Positions 29,900-40,492 of a stretch of DNA of 64,000 nucleotides are shown piece by piece. The stretch comes from a virus. Location of the stretch: the IMG/VR virus record IMGVR_UViG_3300040758_000047, positions 1 to 64,000 of that record; one strand, given 5' to 3'. The translations under genes and the position numbers were made by a program. The notes below the pieces were generated by a model. The model was not told the DNA's origin and made no database searches. It was given only the letters and a program-made list of their open reading frames with translations. Position 1 is the stretch's first letter; each line of letters starts with the position of its first letter.

Positions 29900-30568
29900 T
29901 CACTCCAGTGGCGGCAGGTCTTCGTGCTCAAATCGTTCAATCTGTTGTTTGGACCACTCCGGGTCATACAGATGACGGAAGGGGTGCTCCCAAAACGCAT
30001 CATGGTTTAAAGCCACGGCGGGGTTGTCGATCAGATTCCAGAATTTCCACCCCCGCTTGCTCGCCCGAAACGCGACGCTTTGATTGTCGCAAGCCCATTT
30101 CTGGTCCATGCGCTCATCGAACCCGCCGATGTCCTTCAATGCCTTCAGTGGTGCCGCTGCCCAATCGGCCTCCCAGTTCATCCAATGCGGTTCACCGCGA
30201 TTTTCAGATCTCCACTCTTTGACTAAGGGTGTCTTGTAGAACATCTTCCCGTTCATCTCCCAATACCCAGGAGCCTTCGGGACAGGGGCGGTGAAGAAGT
30301 ACCCCGACATGGATCTGAATGCCTCAACAAACTTCTGAAGTCCGTCGCGCTCAAACCAGAGCCAGTCCTCAGCTACCACCACCAGTTTCCCGCGCGCCCT
30401 ACGGAGCATCGAGTTGAATGCGGCGTTGAGCCGATGCTCTTTTCCGCTGTCGATCTCCACCAGCCATTCAAAATCTTGGCACGTCTGATCCTTCAGGGAT
30501 TGCTCGATGGGCCGAAGGGCCTGAAGCCCCCTAATTGTGGGGCTGAGAACACTGACCAGAGGCGTCAT
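29900..30568 (-). CDS. GT2-family glycosyltransferase
   Basis: PLVSVLSPT, QTCQDFEWLV, ARGK and IGGFDE. Confidence 0.85.
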   Translation of the reverse strand: MTPLVSVLSPTIRGLQALRPIEQSLKDQTCQDFEWLVEIDSGKEHRLNAAFNSMLRRARGKLVVVAEDWLWFERDGLQKFVEAFRSMSGYFFTAPVPKAPGYWEMNGKMFYKTPLVKEWRSENRGEPHWMNWEADWAAAPLKALKDIGGFDERMDQKWACDNQSVAFRASKRGWKFWNLIDNPAVALNHDAFWEHPFRHLYDPEWSKQQIERFEHEDLPPLE

Positions 30569-31029
30569 TAGAAATTACCGTCCGCAACTTGAAAGACCCG
30601 TAGGCCACGAGCGCGGTACATGTCCACTACTTGCTTACGATCCTCAAAGACTCCACCGATTTCAACTCCTCCTGGCCTGTCTTTAATGAGTTGGTCGAGC
30701 AACTCCGATTTCACAACGGAATCTTCTCGGTGGTCCCCTTGCTTGCGCATGTACAGGCCGCTAAACTGGACATCGTGCTTCACAAGCCATGAAGTAGTCG
30801 CGGCCTCCACTTCGTCGCTTCGCCCCGATATGAGGACTATTCCGTATCCGGCATCCCATAGAATCCTGGCGACTCGGATCACTTCATCTATTGGCTTATC
30901 GTTGGGACAAGCCGCGAAGAAAGCGCGCCAATCTGCCGCGTTTGGTGTGTGGTCTGGCTTGCGAGTGATTAGGTGAAGGCGATGCGATAAATCCGCGAGG
31001 GTACCGTCAATGTCAAATATATAAATCAT
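30568..31029 (-). CDS. HAD phosphatase (polynucleotide 3'-phosphatase-like)
   Basis: FDIDGTLAD, SGR, FEDR..VVDM..G motifs as in the T4 PNK phosphatase domain. Confidence 0.88.
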   Translation of the reverse strand: MIYIFDIDGTLADLSHRLHLITRKPDHTPNAADWRAFFAACPNDKPIDEVIRVARILWDAGYGIVLISGRSDEVEAATTSWLVKHDVQFSGLYMRKQGDHREDSVVKSELLDQLIKDRPGGVEIGGVFEDRKQVVDMYRARGLRVFQVADGNF

Positions 31030-33233
31030 CTCAGCCATCCTCCGGGAGGCTTGGCGTGATCCCACTTCTTCTTGAAGATCTCCATGTTCCGGTCGTACCT
31101 TCGACGAAACTCTTCTTGGTCATAATACGAGCGGAAGGTTTGGCCTTGAAGGTGTTGGGCTCTAACGGGTTTAACGGCGATTGTAAACCCGGCGATTCTG
31201 GCTCGCGCCAGAAAATCGTCATCGAGAAATCCGTATCCTCCGTTGAACTCCTCGTCATAAACGTATCCGCCGACAGCCTCGTAGACGTTTCTCGGGATGC
31301 ACCACAGCGAGGTTTCCAGCTTCATCTGGCCAGTCAATACGAAGGTCTCAGGTGCCCACGAAGTAACCGTTTCTGGGACTGCCATTGTCTCCAGCCAATC
31401 GGGATCTTCGATCATAACGTCATTGCACACGATGAAAATAAACTGCCCTTGCGCTTTTTCGAAGGCTAAATTGATGGCGGTGGCCTCTCCTTTCTGATCG
31501 GCAACGATGATCTCGATCCCTTCGGGGGAGTTCTGTTTGATTAACCCAAGGCTTCGGGCCGACATCTCCCTGACTTTACCTTCTGGATCGTAATCCACAA
31601 ACACTACAGAGTACTTCGGTCTGTCGTCCACTGCTACCACCCCTTCCCCACATACTGGGTCAAATCCATACTCGATTGGGTATCGGACAATTGCCTTCAA
31701 ATGCGCTTCCCTCAGCCACGAGTCGATCACTTCAGGAGGACAGTGATGGTGCTCACCATATCCCGATGGTGCTATGGAGTCGTCTGGATTCGGATGCCGC
31801 GTGTCATTCGGAACAGTGAAGACAATCCTGCCACCGGGTTTCAGCAGTTCCTTGAACTTCAAGAGTTGCTTGGGAACCGCGTCCGTGGGAAAGTGCTCCA
31901 GAATCTCTGTCGCGGCCACAACATCGAACGAATGCCGCTGAAACGGTCGGGGGAGGTCGCGGGCGTCTGAAATGATGTCCGCTGCGTTGGGTTTACAAAG
32001 GTGCTTGTCGAACTCGTACTTGTCAAGATTAACGGCACCGATCTTCCGCATTTCTCCGCCATCGTCGCAACACCCTACATTCAGAATCTTCCCCTGACCC
32101 TTAGAGTGCTTGAGCGCAAAGATGAACTGTGCGCCGGTGTTTTTGTGATCCTCGACACCATACATCCATGTCTCGATGAAGTCGATGTACCGCTCCCAGT
32201 TGAAGGTAGATCTTGCCCACGGCATCATGTCGGCGCGGATCTGCTCTTGCAGTCCCACGTTGGACGCCAGCTTGTAAATCTCCCCAACATACCGGGCCTG
32301 CGTTAACGGATCTTCTGGATCACCAAAGATCCAGATTCCATGAAGGCAATAGTCTCCCGCTGCCCATGTTGGGGAAATGATCGGGATGGCACCCAGCGCC
32401 ATTTCTTCGATACCAGAAATAAACCCCGTTTCCGTAAACAGCGTCGGGTGAGCCGACATCCCACAGGACAATTTCTCCTGGTATAGCCGCTTCTGCCCGA
32501 TCCTGCCCAGATGAGTGACCCCCGGTTGTTTCATCTCCCGCATGGCCTCATCGTAAATCAGCTTCCACTGATTGGTCGGCGGGTTCGAGGCGATGATCTT
32601 CTCCATGTTGTCGAACCCGTAGGCAATGACCAATTCAAGGTCATGCACCCACTGACGCGCTTTACGGAAGATCTTCAACAGGGGGAGGAGTCCGCGATCA
32701 GGAGAACTGGCAAAGATGATCTTCCTTGGATTTCTCGTGGGCACGCCTTCGGCCTCGATCTCCCGTATCAAGTCGTTTCGGATGCCATTGAACCCCTGGC
32801 ACACCTTCTTGGCGTATTTGGGGTACTCTTTCATCGTGAAACTGGCATGAGTCGGGCAGAGAGCGATAAAGCGGTCTAATTTCTCCCACCGTTCCTCGGT
32901 AAGGTGGGGGTAGAACACATCTTGGCTAACCAATGACAAGACCTGTCCGGGATGCTCAAGGGGGAAATTATCGAGGACCTCTGGGCACCGAGACACGAAC
33001 CACCATCCAGGCCGGGTGTAATCGGCCTCAGAAAGGGGTAGCCAGCGCGTCCCTAGCCACTCAGGGGGCGTATCCTGCCGCAGGGGGGCGTAGACCACCA
33101 CCTCGTGCCCGCGCCTCGCCAAGCGCCTAGAAACCTCCACAACGGCGGTCTCCGAACCGCCTATTCCGGGGTCCTCAGGGTTGCGCATATCCCAAGGCTC
33201 GAAAGTGACGGGGCTGATGATCGTTACCTGCAT
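31026..33233 (-). CDS. multidomain glycosyltransferase: GT-B + SAM methyltransferase + GT2
   Basis: GIGGSET, SSPDRGL, ETGFISGIE; ILNVGC and EILEH..LKPGG; C-terminal DEEF..GF.DDDF. Confidence 0.85.
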   Translation of the reverse strand: MQVTIISPVTFEPWDMRNPEDPGIGGSETAVVEVSRRLARRGHEVVVYAPLRQDTPPEWLGTRWLPLSEADYTRPGWWFVSRCPEVLDNFPLEHPGQVLSLVSQDVFYPHLTEERWEKLDRFIALCPTHASFTMKEYPKYAKKVCQGFNGIRNDLIREIEAEGVPTRNPRKIIFASSPDRGLLPLLKIFRKARQWVHDLELVIAYGFDNMEKIIASNPPTNQWKLIYDEAMREMKQPGVTHLGRIGQKRLYQEKLSCGMSAHPTLFTETGFISGIEEMALGAIPIISPTWAAGDYCLHGIWIFGDPEDPLTQARYVGEIYKLASNVGLQEQIRADMMPWARSTFNWERYIDFIETWMYGVEDHKNTGAQFIFALKHSKGQGKILNVGCCDDGGEMRKIGAVNLDKYEFDKHLCKPNAADIISDARDLPRPFQRHSFDVVAATEILEHFPTDAVPKQLLKFKELLKPGGRIVFTVPNDTRHPNPDDSIAPSGYGEHHHCPPEVIDSWLREAHLKAIVRYPIEYGFDPVCGEGVVAVDDRPKYSVVFVDYDPEGKVREMSARSLGLIKQNSPEGIEIIVADQKGEATAINLAFEKAQGQFIFIVCNDVMIEDPDWLETMAVPETVTSWAPETFVLTGQMKLETSLWCIPRNVYEAVGGYVYDEEFNGGYGFLDDDFLARARIAGFTIAVKPVRAQHLQGQTFRSYYDQEEFRRRYDRNMEIFKKKWDHAKPPGGWLR
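32252..32265. promoter_or_regulatory. parS-like palindromic site
   Basis: GTCCCACGTTGGAC. Confidence 0.7.
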
Positions 33234-33521
33234 CTAAAGGTACTCCGCAGCGGTCGGCTGCACGGTTATCATTTTGACGGGCTGGAGTTTCTGGTGGAAA
33301 GTCATCTGCTGAAGCCAGAGGTTGCCGGAAAATAGAACATCGAAACGTTCTTTCCATGTGAACCTCCACCGGGTGGTCACTACCCCATCTGGCCTAGAAC
33401 TGATGATCGACGGAAGGGGCAAGTACTCAGGTTGGTCCTTGGCGATGACTGTCTCGTTGTACATCTTGGCGTCTGCCATCGACGGGTGACGCAACAAAAC
33501 TGGTGAACACGGGTATGGCAT
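33234..33521 (-). CDS. conserved hypothetical phage protein
   Basis: AKDQPEYLPLP..W..TWKER..LF.G.LW; AGGAGG RBS. Confidence 0.65.
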   Translation of the reverse strand: MPYPCSPVLLRHPSMADAKMYNETVIAKDQPEYLPLPSIISSRPDGVVTTRWRFTWKERFDVLFSGNLWLQQMTFHQKLQPVKMITVQPTAAEYL

Positions 33522-33563
33522 CTAATTTCCTCCTGTGTGCCCCGAGAATAAGCACTCGTGGGA

Positions 33564-33902
33564 CTACTTCTCCATTTGATTCGGCGTAGTGAGAGGTTTC
33601 ACAACCCCCTTGGGAGCTTCGGGTGGCCTGACCAACTCCAACTTGTCGGTCAGCGTGCAGTTCTCGCATTTAGCCGCTTTCCGTGCAGCGGTCGCCGCTT
33701 GATCGAAGGCCGATTGCGCCACTTCGTGTTGCTTGTACAGGCCGTTGAACTGAATCTGGATTTGCGCCATCTGGTTCTCGATGGTCAATAAAGTGATCTT
33801 GGCGTCCTGAAGCTTCACTTTTTCCGCATCGGGAATCTTGGGCTGTTCTTGGGATTGAGCAAAAGCGAGGGAAGCCAGCAGAGAGAGAAGGACCGTTTTC
33901 AT
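33564..33902 (-). CDS. exported coiled-coil protein
   Basis: Signal MKTVLLSLLASLAFA-Q; coiled coil; CxxC. Confidence 0.7.
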   Translation of the reverse strand: MKTVLLSLLASLAFAQSQEQPKIPDAEKVKLQDAKITLLTIENQMAQIQIQFNGLYKQHEVAQSAFDQAATAARKAAKCENCTLTDKLELVRPPEAPKGVVKPLTTPNQMEK

Positions 33903-33909
33903 GACTCTG

Positions 33910-33938
33910 AGTATAGGGATTTACGTTGGTAGAGTCAA
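33910..33938 (-). promoter_or_regulatory. sigma70-type leaderless promoter
   Basis: TTGACT-17-TATACT, 7 nt before ATG 33902. Confidence 0.65.
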
Positions 33939-34204
33939 GAGACTTTCTCCGGCATATCCCAGATCAAGCGTGTACTGCGGCAACCAGTAGCAGGCGCTTC
34001 CCGGCTCAATCACTCGATAACCTTATGGCGGATCGCGGTGGCCACCGCCGGATGCGCCGGGTGAGCAGTACGTGCTGCTGCGAATCGGTGACCAATTATT
34101 CCGCGTGTGCGTCAGCGTAACTGCCGAGGAAATTGAGGGGGACGCCCGCCTTCTTGCAATCCGCCAACCCGCCCCCGGACCCGACAGAAAAGCCTAGTTC
34201 TGTC

Positions 34205-35806
34205 TTAGTGAAACGCCGTAATCAGCATACCTAGCGATTGACTCGGATTGACAACAAAATTGAAGCTTAGTTGTGTCTGCGCTGTGTCAAAGAAGTGGAG
34301 GCCGACATCGCCATTTGTGAGTCCACTCGAATCACCGCCGCAAACCCCGGCAGTCGTGACGGAACAAGCGTTGATGGCGGTTGGGCACGGGAAATCGTCC
34401 ACTACACCGGTCGGACCTGAGACAGACAGAACAGGCCCCGTTCCCATTGTGCCAGTACCAATCAATAAATCATTGGTTTCGCCTGGAGTTATCAGTGGCA
34501 CCCCGGATATCGAGGCACCCGTGGATGGAGTGCTGCCCGCTGTCGTGTCCTTAAAGACAGATGAGGATGTGATTTGAGTACTGCCAGAGCCAGCCGTTGC
34601 TGCCGTGTCGAGAGAGGTAGCTGTGGTGCAGTAATAAGTCAGAAGGTCGTTGCCTCCGCCAGCGCTGACGGCACTAATCGTATAGGTATTGGGGTTTGAG
34701 ATCGTGACGCTGTGGTACCAGACCGTCCCACTTCCACCACCATTTGACACGCTGGAAAAATTATTACTGAGACTATCCGAGACACTTGTCACGTAAGAAG
34801 CATCGTCGGTGACAACCACCATGGTTGTATTTGTGGGACACGGAATGTTTTGCACATATGTAGCCGCCACATTAGACATATTCTGCGAGGATGCGAGCAC
34901 CTGTGCCCCAGATCCAGTCGGGGCCGACCCTCCCGAACCGGGCTTGAACGCAGCAGCCATGATAGTGAATGAATCATGGGTTGTTTGAGAGATTGTGACC
35001 GCGGGAGTAAAGCTCGTCGCCGTGGCTATGCAATACATCTCCAGATGACCGGCAAATGTATTCTCATCCAATAGAGTGCAGCCGGAGGGTATCGTGATCG
35101 CGCCCCAGGCGTTGCCCTGCTGTATCGTGTTGTTTTCGCTCTCATCATCCACTTCGATATAGACAAGATCGCCCACCACCACGGTGATCCCTGTGCCGGA
35201 AATGTTCGGAGCCGTGTTATTGGTTGGAACTACAGCAGTCTTGCAGGAACTAGTTCGCAGGGCACCCGTCGTAGCAATATTATAGAAACTTCCAAGGCCG
35301 AAATAAAAATCTCCTGTTTTATGCCCCCACGTCACGGTTACTTGTGTTGGGGTGGTGGTTGCAGGGGGGACAAAATTCATCGCGTAGTAGATGTTATGAT
35401 CTGCTCCATTTGGAATCGCAATCCCAGCGTCCTTGCAACCTGAACCGACCGTGAAAGTTGAGTTCCACGTATTCCCGCTTCCGCTGTTGCCATTGTCCGT
35501 CAGAGTTGGCGTGCAGGGTGACGCGCACGTTTGGACATATCCATTGCCGGTAGTGGGATTGTTGGGCCATTCCCCCGAGACGATTACGAGGGAGCCGGTG
35601 GTCACGCCGTTGGGCCAAGCGGTCGGGTCTAGCGTAAAAATAGGAGCGTTCATACCAGTGGTTGTTGAACGCGTGATTACATTCTTGCCGAAAAATTGGG
35701 TCAACGACGGAGTACCACCTGAAGCATGGGAGCCCATCGTCCCTGGACCCGGCATTGGAATCTGATGCCAGGACAGCGAGAGGAGAACAAGAGAAAGTAA
35801 AATCAT
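34205..35806 (-). CDS. S/T/G-rich beta-sandwich repeat protein with hydrophobic N-terminus
   Basis: MILLSLVLLSLSW; two repeated modules with GDLV/NDLLI motifs. Confidence 0.65.
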   Translation of the reverse strand: MILLSLVLLSLSWHQIPMPGPGTMGSHASGGTPSLTQFFGKNVITRSTTTGMNAPIFTLDPTAWPNGVTTGSLVIVSGEWPNNPTTGNGYVQTCASPCTPTLTDNGNSGSGNTWNSTFTVGSGCKDAGIAIPNGADHNIYYAMNFVPPATTTPTQVTVTWGHKTGDFYFGLGSFYNIATTGALRTSSCKTAVVPTNNTAPNISGTGITVVVGDLVYIEVDDESENNTIQQGNAWGAITIPSGCTLLDENTFAGHLEMYCIATATSFTPAVTISQTTHDSFTIMAAAFKPGSGGSAPTGSGAQVLASSQNMSNVAATYVQNIPCPTNTTMVVVTDDASYVTSVSDSLSNNFSSVSNGGGSGTVWYHSVTISNPNTYTISAVSAGGGNDLLTYYCTTATSLDTAATAGSGSTQITSSSVFKDTTAGSTPSTGASISGVPLITPGETNDLLIGTGTMGTGPVLSVSGPTGVVDDFPCPTAINACSVTTAGVCGGDSSGLTNGDVGLHFFDTAQTQLSFNFVVNPSQSLGMLITAFH

Positions 35807-38800
35807 CGCTCCACCCTCCAGTTTACCTCAGCCCCGCTTGCCACGGTTAAAGATCCAGTGGACCAGTTGCAGACTTGGAAGTTCACGTTGTTTGTCGTTG
35901 GATAAGCAGTGATTGCTAAGCCACCCGTAGTAGCTGGAGTGAATCCGGTGACCGCTCCCCACGCCGCATTCGGGGTGAACGAGATAACATCAGTTGAGGC
36001 CACTCCAGATGCCGAGATGGTCAAAGTAGCACAACTTGTGCTAGTAATCGCCCCTAGACTATTCAATGATCCAGTCGAGGATGATGCAGTCGTACCCGTG
36101 GCAATAGTTTGGGGAATGTTGTACGCAGTACCACCTGCAAGGGCGAGGGTAGCGGCTCCAGATACTCCTGCCGTTCCCGAGCCACTCTTGGCACCGCCCG
36201 CTCCAGTGACCAACGCGATATTCCCTCCCGCGCCACCAGAATCATTACCCGCCCCGCCTGCCCCGCCAGTGCCCGAGGTGATAGTGATTGTCCCACCAGC
36301 ACCTCCCACTGTGGAGGTGGTGCCCGAGCCGGTCGCTGCACCTCCTGTACCGCCTGCGATGGCCGGAGAACTACCAACGCCTCCAGTGTTGGTCCCAGTT
36401 GACGAGGTAGCACCGCCCGCCACGCCACTGATATTGAAGAGGGTTGTGGCTGTCGTACCGTTGCCGCCTGCGCTGGCTGGAGCTGTTCCTGCTAGTGTCA
36501 ACCCAGAACTGGAAGTAATAGGATACGTGAAGGTAGCGTCGGCGGTGGGGTTGGCCAAGCCAGATGTTGACTTATCGAGCGTGATTGCAGGTAGATCACC
36601 GGAGGCAATGGTTCCCCATACTGGCGCTGCACTGACCGTCCCGTTGCCCGTCTGGACTAGGAAGTTTTTAGTACTGGTGGTGTTGCCCGCCAGACGGGTG
36701 GGCGCTGGAGTAGAGTTCTCATAAATCAAATCTCCGAGGGTGTTCATCGGGTTAGTGAGAATGTTCGACCATGAGGTTGTGCCTGATCCATTGGTGGTGA
36801 GGGAGTACCCATTTGTGCCCCCGGTGGGCGGCAGGGTGAAAGTGTAGTTGGCTGTTGCCGCGCTAGCTAGGATTGTGTGGAAGGCGGCACTGGGGTTAGC
36901 CAGTTGGAGAGTGCCGCCCACGCTGTTGTCCACGCCCAGAGTTACAGCCGCCGTCCAGGAGGATGCGGAGGTGCTGGAAGCGTTGGGAACAGTTCCCGCC
37001 GCAGCGGAGGTGGCGTTCGTGCCACCCTGAGCGATGGTCACATTCGCTTCACTACCAACCGCGTAAGTCGAACCGGCAAAGGTCGCTATTCCAGCACTAG
37101 GTTGGCTAGTAGCATACACCAATCCACTAGCAACGATTGGACCTATTACAGTAATACTGCTAGCAGGAGCGGCAAAGTTTAGCGTAGTAGTGTTAGTCGT
37201 GCCCAACACTAACTGGTTTGTAGCAGCCGTAATAGTCTGAGCAGCAGTAAACGTATTAGCTCCCAGCGTGGCAAGAGTACTTGTAACGTTAGGAGCAGTA
37301 ACAGTCACTGCTCCAGAACTAGTGGGGAACGACAAAGTGGTCAGATTAGAACCAGCACCAAATATCAACTGGTTAGACGTAGGGGAGAAAGTCTGTGCGG
37401 TACTCCAGGTATTTGCTTGCCCGATACCAGGAATAGTTTGAGAAGTCGTTGGCATGGTAAAGGTTGCTGTACCACCCAACGCAAACGTAGCGGTATAGGC
37501 TCCTGTCTCTGTTATACCGCCGCCACTTGCGATAGACAATCCAGTAACCGTAGTAGCCGCAATCGCTCCAGTACCAATCACTGCCAACGCACCAGCGGAA
37601 CTCATTTGTACCCCGTTACCGTTGCTGTCGAACCGGACGGGGTGTGCCGCTGATCCAGACGCCGTACTAACTCGAAAGATATTACCAGTACCTGTGTTAC
37701 TGGCCGTATCCGTCAACTCAAATAAATCTATAGCAGATCCAGTCGTAGAATTGTAGGTAAGAGTGGTAGTGTCGGCCGCCATTGTAAGCGATAGATTGCC
37801 AGTTGGATTTCCAATAGAACTCCAGCCTGGACTACCTCCCGATGGACAGGTCTGGAAAGATGGGGTAGTAGTCCCATAGCTAGTTGCACCAGACATCAAA
37901 CATTGTCCATTACCTGTGGGAGTTACCCATGTTGGATTTGTTGCACCAGACATCAACGCACTATACGCGGTCGTTGCTAACCCGGCAAGTGCTGTTGGGG
38001 ATGATCCATATACAAGATATCCTGCGGTCATTGACGTTGGGTAGGCAATGGTTGAGAAGATTGGATTCGCCGCTCCCTGTCCAATGAGAGGCATATTAGA
38101 TGCCCCCTGTGCCGTGGACACCGGGGATGACCCAGAAGCTCCGGCAAGCACCACCCCGTATTGCGTGAGGAGACTTCCGCAAGATATAGCTGTCGAGGTC
38201 GATCCGTAAAGAATGCCGCCCTGCGTACAGGAGCTTGGGTGAGAAACCGTAGAGTACGCCGGAGTTGCAGATGCCCCTTGGCCGACCAACGGCATATTTA
38301 GCGCTCCTGCTGCAAGCCTTGCCGCCGCTCCCGACGAACCACCAACAAATAAGTCCCCGGTCGTCGTTAAGGGGTAATTCGTGAGTGATGCGATGGCTGG
38401 AACGTAGGAAGCCGTAAGCGCTGTCCCATTCCATACTCCAGAGCTAATCGTACCAACCGATGTCAAGCTTGATCCAGTGCCACAAATCCCAGTCTGCGGG
38501 TTTAATAGTTCCCAGTAAGTTCCATCATAAGTGGCAATGGCGACAGCGGTTGTCAATATATCGTTGGCAACCAAAGCGCTCTGCCCGCACTTGGTAATCG
38601 TCGGAGAGCTAAGGCCGTTGACCGTTAAGGTGGGAGCGGCGGCGGTATTAGCTGCCGTAGCCTTCCACATCACCGTTAATCCAGCGACCATTAATGTAGC
38701 TGGCGGAGCCAACGTCACGGTTTGCGCCTGAGCGGTCCCGCCACCCGCAGCGTACTCTGTTGAATCCAAGTCAGCCCAGCTTTTATATGAACCAACCGCT

Positions 38801-39876
38801 GAAGATCCGCCACTCGCCAACATCTGGTTAGCCGTGCCCGCCGTGCCTGATTGCACTGCCCCAGTCGAAGTCGTGCCTCCGAACAGAGGCGCATAGGCCG
38901 TCAGGGATGTCGCTCCCGTACCTCCACCAGCGACAAGAGCCGTACCAAAAGAAGGGGTCGTTGAAGACCCGCCAGAGACTAAAGGAACTCCGCTGGTTCC
39001 GCTGGTAGCAATCCAAGTAGGGTTCGTCGCTCCAGCCCCAAGAACCCCATAGGCCGTAGTGGCTAAGTTGGCGAGTGCTGTAGCGCTCGACCCATAAACG
39101 AGTCCCCCTGCGGTCATTGCAGTTGGATACGCGATCGAAGAAAAGACCGGATTCGCCGCGCCTTGGCCTATTAGCGGCATGTTAGATGCCCCCTGTGCAC
39201 TAGCTGTGGGAGATGACCCAGCACCACCACCAAATAACACCCCGTATTGAGTTAATGCCGCTGAACTAGCCCAGGAAGATGCACTGCTGAAATAAGGGAT
39301 ACCTCCGTTGTTGCCTGCTACAGTCAACGCAGGAGTGGTCGTTGCTGAACCAACCGAGATCAATCCGCCCGTAAAGCTTACACTAGTGACGGTCCCGTTT
39401 ATTGCCGAGGTCGTTAATAGATCCCCGTTCACATCATGAAATTGCCAGCCCGCTGCCGTGCTCATAATCGCCGAGGTGTTCGCAGCCATCGTCATTGGCG
39501 CTAGAATCTCGTATGCGGCGGTTGTGCCATTTACGTAGAGCGTGACAGATGACACTGAAGAACCACTCGCATTTACCAACTCGATTGAAGTTATATAGGT
39601 GTTCACGGTGGATGTGCCCGTATAAAGAGCGCTCCCGGTAGATGTCGGCAGTTGGCCTTGGGCTAACACGCCGGGAGTTGTTATGTATGGGGCCGACGTG
39701 CTCACAGTGGTGCCAAAGATGGTGTAGGTGACCGCACTTGCGGTCCCCGCAGATCCATAGATTGTGCCGCTAGGTGCCAGCGTGAATAGTTCATTGTATG
39801 GCACGCCGACCGTCGAGATTGGCTGTTGCGCCAACGCTGGCAAGCACAATACGAGGATAGGCAGGAACTTCCTCAT
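35803..39876 (-). CDS. long S/T/G/A-rich fibre-like protein with signal peptide
   Basis: MRKFLPILVLCLPALA-QQ; fibre motifs GTVTSV, GGTGATSLT, TNPMNTLGDLIY; internal repeats. Confidence 0.72.
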   Translation of the reverse strand: MRKFLPILVLCLPALAQQPISTVGVPYNELFTLAPSGTIYGSAGTASAVTYTIFGTTVSTSAPYITTPGVLAQGQLPTSTGSALYTGTSTVNTYITSIELVNASGSSVSSVTLYVNGTTAAYEILAPMTMAANTSAIMSTAAGWQFHDVNGDLLTTSAINGTVTSVSFTGGLISVGSATTTPALTVAGNNGGIPYFSSASSWASSAALTQYGVLFGGGAGSSPTASAQGASNMPLIGQGAANPVFSSIAYPTAMTAGGLVYGSSATALANLATTAYGVLGAGATNPTWIATSGTSGVPLVSGGSSTTPSFGTALVAGGGTGATSLTAYAPLFGGTTSTGAVQSGTAGTANQMLASGGSSAVGSYKSWADLDSTEYAAGGGTAQAQTVTLAPPATLMVAGLTVMWKATAANTAAAPTLTVNGLSSPTITKCGQSALVANDILTTAVAIATYDGTYWELLNPQTGICGTGSSLTSVGTISSGVWNGTALTASYVPAIASLTNYPLTTTGDLFVGGSSGAAARLAAGALNMPLVGQGASATPAYSTVSHPSSCTQGGILYGSTSTAISCGSLLTQYGVVLAGASGSSPVSTAQGASNMPLIGQGAANPIFSTIAYPTSMTAGYLVYGSSPTALAGLATTAYSALMSGATNPTWVTPTGNGQCLMSGATSYGTTTPSFQTCPSGGSPGWSSIGNPTGNLSLTMAADTTTLTYNSTTGSAIDLFELTDTASNTGTGNIFRVSTASGSAAHPVRFDSNGNGVQMSSAGALAVIGTGAIAATTVTGLSIASGGGITETGAYTATFALGGTATFTMPTTSQTIPGIGQANTWSTAQTFSPTSNQLIFGAGSNLTTLSFPTSSGAVTVTAPNVTSTLATLGANTFTAAQTITAATNQLVLGTTNTTTLNFAAPASSITVIGPIVASGLVYATSQPSAGIATFAGSTYAVGSEANVTIAQGGTNATSAAAGTVPNASSTSASSWTAAVTLGVDNSVGGTLQLANPSAAFHTILASAATANYTFTLPPTGGTNGYSLTTNGSGTTSWSNILTNPMNTLGDLIYENSTPAPTRLAGNTTSTKNFLVQTGNGTVSAAPVWGTIASGDLPAITLDKSTSGLANPTADATFTYPITSSSGLTLAGTAPASAGGNGTTATTLFNISGVAGGATSSTGTNTGGVGSSPAIAGGTGGAATGSGTTSTVGGAGGTITITSGTGGAGGAGNDSGGAGGNIALVTGAGGAKSGSGTAGVSGAATLALAGGTAYNIPQTIATGTTASSSTGSLNSLGAITSTSCATLTISASGVASTDVISFTPNAAWGAVTGFTPATTGGLAITAYPTTNNVNFQVCNWSTGSLTVASGAEVNWRVER

Positions 39877-39877
39877 A

Positions 39878-40492
39878 TTACTGGTAGTACGCCGTCAAAG
39901 ACATTGTAGTGCAACCAGTTGTGGTTGACCCAGCATCCGCAGTAGCCGCCGCAAAGCCAATGCCGCTAGTAAAATTCTCCAGCGCAAGCTGTCCAGGCGC
40001 AATGGTAAGCCCAAGTCCAGCCTGTACCATATAGGAATCCACTACTCCCGTTCCAATGCTCGGCACGCCAGAGTTGTTATAAAACTGAAGGAAACACGTC
40101 ACGGTGCCATAGTTGCTTGCGGAAAATCCGTAGAGGTTCCCGGCACTGCCCTTAATGTTTAAGGCCGTTCCCGTGTAGGTATGGTGATACATAGTGAAAG
40201 CATACGTGGCCGAGGTGCTGGGAGTAGTCGGTGAAACCGACAGGGCATTCGTCACGTAGGCATTCACCCCGATGACATTACCTGACGGGGCCGACCCATA
40301 AGCGGTAGGAGTGGCTGTAATTGAAGAGCCTCCTTCTTGTGATAAATTGACGCTCACGGGAATCATACTGGAGATGCCTTGCACGGTGATTACTCCAGGC
40401 GCAGCAGTGCCCGCCGTCCCAGATCCAGTTACGGGTTGCTGCGCCAAGGAGACACCGGCACAGAGAGTGAGTGCCGCGAATAATTTTCTCAT
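39878..40492 (-). CDS. exported decoration-like protein
   Basis: Signal MRKLFAALTLCAGVSLA-QQ; IKGSAGNLYG..FLQFYN jelly-roll-like motif. Confidence 0.65.
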   Translation of the reverse strand: MRKLFAALTLCAGVSLAQQPVTGSGTAGTAAPGVITVQGISSMIPVSVNLSQEGGSSITATPTAYGSAPSGNVIGVNAYVTNALSVSPTTPSTSATYAFTMYHHTYTGTALNIKGSAGNLYGFSASNYGTVTCFLQFYNNSGVPSIGTGVVDSYMVQAGLGLTIAPGQLALENFTSGIGFAAATADAGSTTTGCTTMSLTAYYQ

